Below, piece after piece: positions 12,101 through 23,183 of a stretch of 64,000 nucleotides of DNA (position 1 is the first letter of the stretch; every line of letters starts with the position of its first letter). The notes beneath the pieces are model-generated. The model saw only the letters and a list, made by a program, of their open reading frames with translations. It searched no databases and was not told the origin of the DNA. The position numbers and the translations under genes were made by a program. Source of the DNA: Lepidodermella squamata (taxonomy: Eukaryota > Animalia > Gastrotricha); contig JBLDXI010000029.1 of NCBI GenBank assembly GCA_047495785.1, positions 2,976,001 to 3,040,000 of the forward strand, in the 5' to 3' direction.

Positions 12101-13698
12101 TGACACGTCGAGAACGGCTTTAATTGCTGCAGCGATGACTGGCCATCTTTCTGTGGTTAAATTTCTGGTGAAGAAAGGAGCGAATTTGAAGGCGGTTGAT
12201 GCTGATGGCAACCAGGCTGTTGATCTAGCTAGGTCAGCTGGCCATGGTGACGTGGCAAATTTTCTCCAGCAACAACTTGGTAATATTGCTCAAATTGTCA
12301 TTTTACCTGAAAAATACCTTTTCCATTTTTTTCGAACAGCTCCAATCGAAATGGTGAGTATTAAGATTTTTGAAAAAATCACCAAATTGGAACCTAATTG
12401 GAACCAAAGTTCATAGTCTGGAATATCAAACTTGGAAAAAATATTCATTTTCGAATAATTTTTGTTAAATGAAAATTAGCCGTATGTTCTGAAGTTGACG
12501 ACATGCTAAAATTCACGCACAATTCATGATAATTTATTTAAATTTCCCAAATCAGTTAAAAATTGATTTGGCTCCGCATTTAACGCTTGAAACTTCTTTC
12601 TTACTAAATTTTATTCTTAATGGAATTAATTTTTATTTTTTTACTTAAATTTTAGTGCGAAGTGCCTGTTGTAGCTAACGGTGCGTTTTTCGCGATTTCC
12701 GCGCCCGGCAAAGAAAGGGAGGTCAAGAATCCGACCCGGCTCAAAACTGGTTCCAAGCTGGTTCTCAAGTGTATCATCCCACTCGTTGTTGAAGCTGAAG
12801 CTGGGCTAACCTGTGCCGGTCCCAACACTTGGCAACCCCAGCCTAGCAAATGCATCAGCGCTCCAGCAGGTAAATTTTAAAAATATTTGTAAATAATTGA
12901 ATAAATTTAAAAAAATGTGAATTTTGTAAATTTATCAGAAATTTAAATTTAAATTTAAATTTTAAATTTCATTGCGATTTTTTACATTTTTTAGAACTCA
13001 AAGCCACCATGAAATCCTTGCGTCAGGCAATCGCGGCTAAAAATCTGGCCAAGGTGAAAGAAATCCTGGAAAATCCGCAACTGGACGATTCCCGAATCCG
13101 ATATTTACTCGACAGCCGATCGGAATTATCCCCTTATCGCACCTCGTTAATGGCCGCATGCCGCATCGGCCATTTGCCCATTGTTCGGTATTTAATCGCT
13201 GAGAAATCGGCAAATTTCGAAGTTCAAGACGGCGCGAAAGGCGACACGGCTATGCACATCGCCGCCCAGGCTGGTCGTTTAGATATCGTACAATATTTAT
13301 CCACCTTAATGACGTCAGAAAAGCACTCGCTAGCCGGCGCGAAAAACGACAAGGGCGAAACGCCGCTGCATTACGCAGCTCAATCCGGCCATTTGGAGGT
13401 TGTCAAATTCCTAACCACCCTGCCCGATGGTGATGGCCGGCATTTGGTCGATGTTGAAGCAGCGGATGAGCTGGGCAGGACGCCGGTTATGTCGGCGGCC
13501 TACGCCGGTCACGTGGCTGTTGTTGAGTATTTGATTGGTGAGAAGCACGCGGATGCGATGAAGCGTGACAAGGCTGGTGATATGGCTGTTCACCTGGCGT
13601 CGTATGGCAGCAAAACGGCGGTTGTCCAATTTTTGTTCAACAAATTTCCGGATCTCAAGAATGTGAAAGGCGCGTATGACTACGTCGCCAAAGCTTGA
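6132..13698 (+). CDS. Secreted protein of ~1664 aa: signal peptide, 12 sushi/CCP domains with Thr-rich linkers, ankyrin block, 13th CCP, second ankyrin block
   Basis: 14 exons: 6132-6290, 6344-6652, 6735-6959, 7175-7658, 8056-8544, 8596-8958, 9576-9838, 10033-10402, 10524-11000, 11261-11779, 11875-12279, 12340-12353, 12656-12869, 12995-13698. Phases are consistent (4995 nt). CCP pattern C-x-x-P-x(3)-NG...L-x-C-x-x-GY...C...W-F-P-x(3-4)-C. ANK motifs such as GETPLHYAAQSGHLEVVKFL. AATAAA at ~13738; no TM segment seen. Confidence 0.88.
9128..9474. mobile_element. Long imperfect palindrome (MITE-like) in intron 6 of the CCP-ANK gene
   Basis: Arms of ~150 bp, e.g. GCGCGCTGACGTCAAAGGGC / GCCCTTTGACATCATTAGCGCGC and CTATCGATTGAATATAGGG / CCCTATACTCAATCGATAG. 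Confidence 0.75.
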
Positions 13699-14096
13699 AA
13701 TTGCTAGATTCGAGTAAACTTTGTTTGGCAATATCGAAATAAAAGTCGACAATTCGATTGTTTCGCTTTTTAGGATTCCATATTTAAAAATTGGAGAAAG
13801 CCAAACTATTCGAACCTTATAGCAAAGTGAAGATCAATCACTAAATCTTTCCGATTTTTTCCGAAAATTTACCGACTTTTTCGCCAATACTTCCGGCGAA
13901 TGCCCCACTGAAACCGAATTGTCGGATCGATAACTGAAGGACCAACGCTATGGCAATGCACATGCCAAATTTCGTTGCATTTAACATATATTTAGCTCGA
14001 ATTCACACTGAGCAAATGTCTCATGCTAAAACGACTTGCTCAGAAAATAAGAAAAGCAATTTTTCATTTTATTTGCAAAAAGCTTTCGTGGAACCT

Positions 14097-15175
14097 GCTA
14101 GTTGCTGGAGCTGCTTCGAGCGTGCGCTAGTTGCTGGAGCTGCTTCGAGCGTGCGCTAGTTGCTGGAGCTGCTTCGAGCGTGCGTGAGGAAGCTGCAGGT
14201 ATCTGTCAAGGAAGCGCACTCGGGCCATCTCTATGGCTAGTCTTCTACGGTGGCATAAGCCGATCAGTCACGCGCCCCAGTAGGGAATTGGGTTACCGGC
14301 CACCGGAGCCGTATACCTTTGCGGACGATTTTAATTTTGGCAGTGCATCACTAAGAGACGTCGATATGGCTGAAGCGAGTGCAGCACGATGGGCTCAGTC
14401 ACACCACGTATCGATGGACCCAAAAAAGCGCGTAGATACGAAATTCTCATACCCACGCTTCAACAGTGGCGCAAAAGGCAGGAAAGCTAATGCTGAGGAA
14501 GAAACGCACCATGAGGATGATCAAGTCAACATCGAAACGACGACACTCCTTGGACTAGTCTTAGACTCGAAGCTGTCGATGGAATCCTGCATCAAGCAAA
14601 AAATCGGAAGAGCAAACACGGCGATAACGCAGCTCCTGCGTCTACGACCCTTCATGTCCCTACGACAGCTCGAAAATGCATACAAAACCTATGTGTTGCC
14701 ATTCATCGAGTTTGGCATGGTCCCCTATTCGTTCGCGGCCGCCCCTTCAACACTGGAAAAACTCGATGCCGTCCAGACGAGATTTTGCAACATCACCGGA
14801 GCGAGCTTACAAACACTGGGTAGACGACGGTATGTAGGAGTAATGACCTACCTCTACAAGATAATCGTGGCGGGTCGCGGAACGAAGCAAGTCAGATCAA
14901 AATTCAGACGCATCTTTGTGAGGAAAACCGGTACCAGGGCATCGGCAGCAAAACACCACCATCAAATCTGCCTAGCGAAACCGTCAAACCAGCAGCGGAA
15001 CATCAAGCCCTACGAGAGAGTCGAGAAAATAATACAACTATGGAACGGAATACCGAAAACCTGCTTTCCGGAAATTGTTGATATTGACCTTTTCAAATGC
15101 TATATGAACGAACTAGGGATGTCGTTATAACCATCAGTACGCACCCGAAAGATTATGTAAATAAAAAAAAAAAAA
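14097..15175 (+). mobile_element. 5'-truncated non-LTR retrotransposon (C-terminal RT region) with poly(A) tail
   Basis: GICQGSALGP, YTFADD, LLGLVLDSKL, YKTYVLP and LWNGIP motifs; stop at 15130; A-run at ~15161-15175; 3x29-bp duplication at the 5' junction. Confidence 0.9.
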
Positions 15176-15307
15176 CAAATTTAAAATTGATTTTTTTTTC
15201 TATCTGGTCATTCTAATTCAATTTGCGCATTACCTAAAGTAACCTAATATAGCATGAAATGTTTCGCTCACAAAACCCGCTTCGATCAAATCTAAGATCA
15301 AAGTTTT

Positions 15308-17274
15308 TTACGCCGTGGTGGATTGGCATCGATCCAACGTGAGGCCATATGCCGATGTTGACGCATAGATCACAGTATTGGCTGCGCTACCAGCGCCAGT
15401 TCCAGCTACAAGAGCGGCACAGCAGGCTGTGTACGAGGTGAAGGCTTTCAATGAGGGGCTCGAAGTCTGAGATGAAAATGGTTGATTGAATTGATAAAAA
15501 ACGCAAACAGAACAAGATAACTTACGACCCCTGACCCTGCTTCAACATCACCGACAGCATTGGAAGTGTGCGGGAAGCGAACGCAGTTGCCAACCTTAAC
15601 GACACTTGTGGTAGCTGTAATCTTGTAAGGGATACTATCATCGGTTGATATACAGGCAAGAGCCGGAGCCACTGATGCTGTGAGGCCAGGCAGGATCTCG
15701 TAGCGAATGTTGGCGGTCAACGGTGAAGCCGGGGCTGCAGCGGCGCAGCAGTCAGGGAATGAGCTGTAGGAGTTCGGGACAGATGCAGTTGCTGTGGCTT
15801 GCTGAATACAACTTAAGTCATTCACTGCTTGAAATATCCATTCTCTATTTTACCGTGAATGTGTTAGGGCCGAAAGCAGCGGTGCAAGCCAGGCCGTTAG
15901 TAATGCACAGCTTGACAGTCTTAGAGACTGCTGTTCCAAACGTCGAGCCCGTGCATAGCTGAAACGTTTGCTGTTGCATAATGAAACATTTTAGGTTCTA
16001 GGAATTAACTATTCATGGGCAGGGGTGCAAAATCTGCAAAAATGGCGCAGTGGCTGCGCGGGAAATTTTTACGCGCAGCGGGAAATTTTTGGGAAATAGA
16101 GTTGTGAAAATGCTCAGAAATCGCCAAAAATCAGCGGGAAATAAGGGAAATCAGCGGGAAATCTAACAAGTAATTAATCTTCCGCCGATAATTAATTTCA
16201 ATAATTAAGTGATTGAACTAATTAGCAATTCACGAATGACTTTTCTATCTAATTCCAATAATAACTTCTGTTTAACTAACGCGAAATCGGTGATAATAAC
16301 GGTTAGAAATTTCAAAAAACAAATTAGATATTCCGATTCAGCGTAAAAAGTTGGGTATTCCTGCCAAGTTGCGCGCAGCTGTGTTTGAAAATGAGGGAGA
16401 AATGCGGACTGAAAGTTTGCTTGTAACTGTGTGCGCGCACAAATCAGCGAGCGCGCGCGCACAACAGCGCACAACTGCGCGATTTCCTCGCGTTGAAAAG
16501 TGAAGGGGAGCGGGCGAGTGCGAGTGAGCGAATTTTTGTGGAGCACACACGCACGCACACGCGCGCGCACACGTGCAAAAATTGAAATTTGTTTCCGCCT
16601 ATTTCTCAACCAATTTTCACGATAACTGTGCGCAAATTTACAGGGCGGGGTAACTTTTCGCGCTGAATCCGAATATCTAATTTGTTTTTTGAAATTCCTG
16701 AAATTGAAAAACTTGGTTTATCTGCGTAATTAAGAATGTTAGGGTAATTACGATATTTAGCCACAAGTTTTTGGTTACCCCTAAATATGTGAATTATACT
16801 AGTATCAAGCCGTATGAAATGCGAAATCTGGCCACCAATTTAGGCCTAAAAATGTTTATACAAATTTAAAAATGTGCCGAATCGAGTATTTTCAGACATT
16901 TTCTCACTCCAAAATACTGATGTTTCTTACAATTTTTGCGCCGCGCGGGGCTTTGCAAGAAATAACCCACAGAAATACATTCCGCGAGCGAGCGCAGCGA
17001 GCGAGCGGGTTTTTCGGGAAATTAAAATCACTGCGCGGGAAGTTCTGCAGATTTTGCAGCCTTGTGCAGAATTTACCGCTGTGGAGCACGCCTGGGTGCC
17101 TTGGCATTGAGTTCCGGTTTTGCTGATGCAGTTTTTGGTTGACGTATCGCAGTTGTTCGACGTAGCAACACACGATTGGCCAGAAGGGCAAGCGCTCGAG
17201 CTAGTCGTTGTGGCCGGGCAAGCCATAACGGCACTGCAGGCAGCGGCAAGAACAGCCAGAGTTGAAAAGGTCAT
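15308..17274 (-). CDS. Secreted Cys-rich family protein, copy A (intact, ~249 aa)
   Basis: Exons 17274-17077, 15970-15854, 15801-15526, 15466-15308, all phase 0 and GT-AG. Signal peptide MTFSTLAVLAAACSAVMA|C; motifs QTFQLCTG, FPDCC, NIRYEILPG, GNCVRFP, YTACC, YGLTLDRCQS. Confidence 0.85.
16020..17064. mobile_element. Non-autonomous DNA element in intron 1 of copy A, with a nested inverted-repeat element (~16290-16705)
   Basis: TIR-like ends CAGGGGTGCAAAATCTGCA / TGCAGATTTTGCAGCCTTG and GCGGGAAA subterminal repeats. Internal inverted pair AAACAAATTAGATATTCCGATTCAGCG / CGCTGAATCCGAATATCTAATTTGTTT. The equivalent intron in copy E is only 64 nt. Confidence 0.75.
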
Positions 17275-17327
17275 TGGCGGCGAAGTCGAAGTCGGAAAAT
17301 GGATGCTCTGACAGAAATTTCGGCTGG

Positions 17328-17334
17328 TTTTATA
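17328..17334 (-). promoter_or_regulatory. TATA box of copy A (equivalents at 20053-20059, 24253-24259, 36964-36970)
   Basis: TATAAA(A/T) located 50-75 bp upstream of the ATG in four paralogues. Confidence 0.65.
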
Positions 17335-17759
17335 GCCTCAAATGTCAGAATGACCTAACATTTTCGCACCCGTTCTACTTTTTTGTAATTAAAAACACCA
17401 AAGTCGGCCTGCTGATTGGCATTTTAGCTACGACAACAAGTACGTTCTGATAACGAGAACTCGATTAGGATGATTTGCTGCATAATTGCTGCTAAACGAG
17501 TTGGAGTGTTAACGTCTGAGGTCTGAGGAAAACACAAAAGCTTGTCGAGTCAATTATCTTTACGCATATATTCCATATTCCTTGATGATACGTGGTATGC
17601 AAACAAAAGGAGTTCTCATTATTATAACTTTCCAGTGGCGACGTGATGTTTGGAAGCTTTTTAAGGGGATTTTTTAAGGGTGTCAGCATTATAGGAGCGT
17701 TGGCGTGTTTGAGAAATTTGTTTTTTTTCATCCTATATTTCTTCTATTATAAAATAAAA

Positions 17760-18012
17760 TGCACACAACAACACGACAGTCTGTAGGCGGGGTTCGACCA
17801 GAGCGAGTTTGCTACGCTTGCATAGATGTGATCATCTAAAGGTTCAGCCGTAATTATTGGCTAGGTAATGGGCTTTTATGGTTTAGAATTATCAGTTAAG
17901 ATACAAGCAAGAGCCGGGGCCGTGATGCCTGATGGCAGGATCTCGTAGCGAATGTCAGCTGCGTTCGGTGCATTCATCGCTGCGACGGCACAACAGTCTG
18001 CAAACGAGTTGA
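17760..18012 (-). pseudogene. Degenerate exon-3/4 fragment of the Cys-rich family
   Basis: FNSFADCCAVAAMNAPNAADIRYEILPSGITAPALACILTD, then a stop; no exons 1-2. Confidence 0.75.
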
Positions 18013-18017
18013 ATTGC

Positions 18018-19010
18018 ATTTTCAAACAGCTCCAATTGAAATGGTGAGTACTGAAGCCCTTAGAAAATGGCAAAATTCTTAAAAATCAGGCAAACTTTCA
18101 TGGTTACATCATAGAGAAAAAAATGACCAGAGGGTGAGCAAAGAAGCTAACATTTTGGAATTTCCATCTTTATTCTGCCCGTTCACCAAATTTTGCATGC
18201 ATAAAGAACGCGAGCTGTTCTTTCACGTTGCTCTTTCACGTGGCAACCCAGCCGTATTAATTCACACGATACAAGAAAGCAAAAAACGATACCACGTGAA
18301 AGAGCAGCTCGCATGCGAAATTCGGTGAACAACGGAGATATCCGATTTGAGAAAGTCAACTTTGAATAAAGATGGAGATTCCAAAATTTTAGCTTGAGTG
18401 CTCACTTTGGTTATTTTTGTCTCTATGTCTCTTACATAATATTCATGTCGATTTTCTAAAATAATCCAGAAATTCCTAAAATTCTCCAATTAATTTGGTT
18501 CCGCATTAAAGTTCTTTCTACCCAATTTCAGTCTTAATGGAATTTATTTTTGTTAGAAAATTGCAAATATTTCGAAGTGCATTATTCCATTGGCTGTTGA
18601 AGCTGAAGCTGGGCTCACTTGAACCGGTACCAACAATTGGCAACCACAGCTCCAGCACGGCTATGCATATCGCCGATGTTGAAGCGGCGTATGAGCTGGG
18701 TATGAGCCCTGTTATGTCGGCGGCTCTAACCGGTCACGTGACTGTTCTTGAGTTTTTGGTTTATGAGAAGCACGTGCATGCGATGAAGCGCGACAAGGCT
18801 GGCGATATGACTGTTCGTAAGGCGGTTGTTCACTTTTTGTTCACTAAATTTCCGAATATTAAAACTGTGAAAGGCACTTATAACTACGTTGCCATAGATT
18901 CGACTTAACTTCGGTTGGCAATGTCGAAAATACAACGCAATTCGATTGTTTTGCTTGTTAGGCTTTATTTTAAAAAATTGTAGGAATTCCAACAATTTGA
19001 ACCTTTGCAA
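18018..19010 (+). pseudogene. Duplicated, internally deleted 3' end of the CCP-ANK gene (micro-exon, part of CCP13, last ANK repeats, 3'UTR)
   Basis: CAGCTCCAATTGAAATGGTGAGT matches 12337-12359; GCTGAAGCTGGGCT...GGCAACC matches exon 13; PVMSAALTGHV...KRDKAGDM matches 13480-13700. Confidence 0.85.
18110..18427. mobile_element. Palindromic MITE (ends CATAGAGA.../...TCTCTATG); same family as 32612-33163
   Basis: Long inverted arms; absent from the parental intron at 12354-12655. Confidence 0.8.
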
Positions 19011-19056
19011 TGTTAATATCAGTCCATGAGTCGACGCTCTTTTGCTCAAAGCTCTT

Positions 19057-19982
19057 TCAAGGGCCAGCGCTGCACATTTCAATTGTCAGTCCGTAGAGGG
19101 AAACTGTTTCAGGTGTCTTGGCATTTGGGTTGTTGCTAATGGAAAAGCAGCAAGCAGCGTAGGTTAAATAGCTAGAGCCTGGCATTCTTTTGGCCTGTTA
19201 AAGTGAAAGCGGTTGATAATGAGAAGAAATCAGGTCTTAAAATGTCTTACGAAATCGGAATTTGAGTTTAAGGCGTCTGTTGGCACTGAAGCCGTGTTCG
19301 GGAAGCGTACGCAGGTACCCTTCGAAGCGGTGGCACAAGGTGGGGCTGTTATTGCGTATGGATTATTAATCGTTGCCCCGACACAAATCGTCGTTGGAGG
19401 AGATCCTGTAATAACAGCTGGCTCGTAAAAGACATTAGCACCCGTTTGTGCGCAGCACAAGGCGAAAGTGCCGAAAGTGCTGGGTGAACTCGAAAATGAC
19501 TATGAAACATGAAAATTAAGCATTACCAACTCAACATGAATGGTTATACTGTGCCACCGGTCAACAGGTCGCAGGATCCGGCGTTGGCGAGGCAAAATTT
19601 AGTTCCCGGCGTGCCAACTCCTGGACCGCCAATCGTATCGATTTGACATAGATTGAAAACAGGCTACATTGTAAAAATAAAATTAAGAATTTCCTGAAAT
19701 TGTTTAGATCCTAACCGCGGTCATGCAAGATTTAGTCGCATCGGTACAGGCCTGGGATGACGTAACACACACGTTTGGCGATGGGCAAGTGTTGGCTGAA
19801 GTAACGCAGCTTGAACCAGGCGAGCATGTTGGCGACGGGCTAGGCGAGTTGGATGCTGGTACAGAAGGGCATGGCGTTGTAGTAGTGGTCGTCGTTGTTG
19901 TTGTTGCTACTGTTGATGATGCTGGGCAAGCGCTGCCATCGGCGAATATGACCAGGAAAACGGCGAAACTAAGAATTAACAT
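19057..19982 (-). CDS. Secreted Cys-rich family protein, divergent subfamily, copy B1 (intact, ~255 aa)
   Basis: Exons 19982-19716, 19663-19550, 19499-19251, 19194-19057, all phase 0. Signal peptide ending DGSA|C; poly-Thr; FALCC, GTCVRFPNT, YAACC, YGLTIEMC. Confidence 0.85.
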
Positions 19983-21529
19983 TTGCGCTGTAATTTATTG
20001 AGTTTAGAAAGGCAGAAAAGAAAAGATGATGTAAAAGGAAAAATAAGGCTGCTTTTATAGGCAAAGGCAGCATGCTTCTGTCGACCGCAGTAATTACTAC
20101 CGTATCTCGTTCAACTCGAATGTTGCAGCTCCATGCAAAACGAATCACTCGCATAGACTTTACCGAAGGGAACTAGCTGTATCTGCCCAGATTGAATGAT
20201 TCACTGATACCTGAGCTGAAATTATGGGTAGGCTTCCAGCCGCGGCTACCTTGAGGTCTTGTCGAGTAAATACGCCTCGAAAACATGGCCGCGACTTCAA
20301 AGCCCTAACACGTGGTAAGCATAATATCAAATCAATGGGTTGTACGTTAATTATCTGAGTTTTTTCTCTTGAGGTCATAGAGAATGTCTATGCTTAAGGC
20401 CTGCTGCAGTCACGGGCGTTTGTTGCGTTGACTATCTGTGCCTTCAAAGCCAGAGGTAAGCACTACAGTATCATAACAATGAGCTGCAGCCTAATTATCC
20501 GAGATTTTTCTTGAAGCCTGCCACAGCCACCGGCGTTTGATGGTGTAGCGGGAGTATATCAACTGACGGATTTAATCGGTTTGCTCGTTGCCTCTACGCA
20601 GGCGTTTGCTGCTAAAGTCACGTGTGAAGCGCATACACCGTGGCGAAACGATGCTCAACTTCGTTACGATGAAACAGTGTCCAGAGGGTGTTGCTATAAT
20701 TTCACGCGGTTTGAGGCTTAAGCAAATGAGCAACGCCGTATCACGCCTTGTTTAGCAGGATTCTTTCTTCATCCTCAGTTTTTAGGCGAACATTATTCAC
20801 TTTCGAGTAGGAGTGCTGCAGGATTTTGTATTATATACAGTTCCAGCTTGAAGTTGCCGAGGCTAAACCATAGGCCAAAAGCAGCAATAATGTACTTTCT
20901 TTAGTCACTAAGGTTAGAGGTGCAAAATTCTCTCGCAGCTCGCAGTTTTAACTCCGAAAAATAATCTGCTTGAACTTGCTAACTTGAAATGGGTCACCGA
21001 AGCGGTAAAAACTGTGCAGTATCTCGACTCATGTAACAAACTATACACCTTTTTATCTTTAGAAACCTGCTGGTTGTTTTGCGAACCTCTGCTATGTCAC
21101 GATTCTGCATTGTAAGAACTGTCAATCCTGGATGATACGCCAAAATCTCTGATACCCCTGATTACGAGGCTCCGTAGCTCTGAACCGCGCAAATCTGCCT
21201 CGGCATATCACTGCAGCGCAAATCATTTAGCTGCATTCCTCTCGCCGCCTCCAGCCGATAGCGATCCTCATGTCGTTGTCCAGTGGACTCGACAATATGG
21301 CGAAAAATTAAATACAAAGCTGTTCTCAAATGAGGCGAGGAGAAAGATCCTTACCCTCACAGTGCGTACAATTTCGAAATCATGCACCCTGCAAGGAAGA
21401 GAAAAAGGGCAACCTCTGCCTCAAAATCGAAACAATACTAAAGATTACTATATCCTTTCCATAATCTATGTCAATTTTAGCAGTTGCGTTTTCACGGTCT
21501 TTATTTCAAGCTTGAGAGCTGCAAGGGCA

Positions 21530-22150
21530 AAAACGTAAGAAAACAAGACAACTTATGACTCCTGGCCCTGCTTCAACATCACCGACAACATTGGAAGTGT
21601 GTGGGAAGTTAACACAGTTGCCAACATTTGTAGATGGCCCGTTGCTATAGTTGCAGTAATCTCGTATGTGGCAGAATCATCAGCTCCGATGCAGGCTAGA
21701 GCCGGACAAACAGTTTCCGTCTTGGCAGGAAGGCCTGGCAGGATCTCGTAGCGAAATTTAGCGGTATTAGGCGCAGTCGGGGCTGCAGCGGTGCAGAGGT
21801 GTAGGAGTTCGGAGCAGTTGGAGTTGCCGGGGCTTGCTGAAACAACATGTGCTATTCACAGCTTGATCTCGATTCTCTATCTTACCGTGAAGGTGCTGGG
21901 GCTGAAAGCGACGTTGCACGCCAGGCCGATAGAAATACACAGCTTGACAGTCTTGGAGACAGCTTAGAGACCGAAGGTCGAGCCAGTGCACAGTTGAAAG
22001 GTTTGCTGTAGCATAATGAACAATTTCAAGTTCCGATAAACGATAAATCTTTCTTCAGACATTGAGTTTTTGTTTGGTTGCGTTTTTGGTTTGCGAATGC
22101 TACCCAGACATTCGGCGAGCTGCAAGACGGCATGACTCGGCCGCATGACT
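21530..22150 (-). pseudogene. Cys-rich family pseudogene (exons 2-3 with indels, CC motif deleted, no exon 4)
   Basis: QTFQLCTGSTFG followed by an indel; KFRYEILPG and GNCVNFPHTSN retained; its upstream region 22330-22470 matches 31865-31970. Confidence 0.75.
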
Positions 22151-22791
22151 CAATTTCCATGTTTGAAGGCTAATGAGCAAGTAACTTTTTCGTCGATGTT
22201 CGATGTGAAAGGGCTCCTGAAAGGGAACTGCTTTTAACTTTCAAAGCCTCAGGAGCATTTTGCTCTCGCAATGATTATCATGAATCCACCCCTATGTATC
22301 TCTTGCGCCCTATCAGGGAACCTAGAGGTGTTGTGAATCCATGCATATAAGCAAGCCATCTCGTGGTTTCCAAATTCGAGTAAACAAACAACCAAATTCG
22401 AGTAAACACCTACATCAGAGTTGTAATGTATATCATTTAACGTGACTACTACTATCATTCTCCTTCGCGTAAAGAAAATACATAATTTGCTCAAATGCAC
22501 ATTGAGCTCATGTCGCAAGCCAAAACGACTTTCGGTGTATTGTCGACTGTTTAAAATTGATCTGCTAAAGAGTCGCTGCTGAATAGTCGAGGCACTGAAG
22601 TAGCGGATGCTGTAGTGTCGTCTGCTGCAATATAGCGGCTGTTTAACTGCCGCATGCTCAAATCCAAATCTCGTGCCAAATCGATGAAAGCTCATAACTA
22701 AAATAGAACGTTCAAATTTAAATTGCCCGCGTCTCATTTGAATGAACCATTCGAAGAACGAACGTCTTCTCGGCCAAAAGTGATCACATCA

Positions 22792-23140
22792 CGTCGGCAG
22801 CTCTAACCGGTCACATGGCTGTTGTTGAGCATTTGGTTGATGAGTGATGAGAAGCATGCGGATGCTATGAAGCATGACAAGGCTAGTGATAAGGCTGTTC
22901 ACCTGGCGTCGTATGGCAGCAAAACGGCGGCTGTCCAGTTTTTGTTCAACAAATTTGCGGATCTCAAGAATGTGAAAGGCGCGTATGACTACGTCGCTAA
23001 TGCTTGAAATTGCTTGAAACGATTTTTAGGTTTGATTGACAATATCGAAAATAAAGAGCAATTGGATTGTTTCGCTTTTCACGCTTTTACTTTAACAAAA
23101 TGTAGGAATTCCAATTATTTGAACCATTGCAATATTAAAA
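22792..23140 (+). pseudogene. Second duplicated 3' fragment of the CCP-ANK gene
   Basis: EKHADAMKHDKASDKAVHLASYGSKTAAVQFLFNKFADLKNVKGAYDYVANA is nearly identical to the C-terminus encoded at 13540-13698, followed by 3'UTR similarity. Confidence 0.88.
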
Positions 23141-23183
23141 TCATTCCATGAGTCGATGCATCGCTCCTTTGTTCAAAGCTCTT

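Noticed and set aside
11261-13698. Horizontal transfer of the ankyrin blocks from a bacterial endosymbiont
   Set aside because: ANK exons are intron-interrupted and compositionally like the CCP exons; the sequence alone gives no support and a phylogeny would be needed.
16205-16609. 134-aa ORF and overlapping ORFs
   Set aside because: Lie within an intronic MITE with GCGC/CACA low-complexity sequence; no protein motifs.
19723-20001. Plus-strand ORFs with poly-Val (also 23871-24200, 6412-6651, 36032-36376)
   Set aside because: Antisense shadows of Thr/Cys-rich exons on the other strand.
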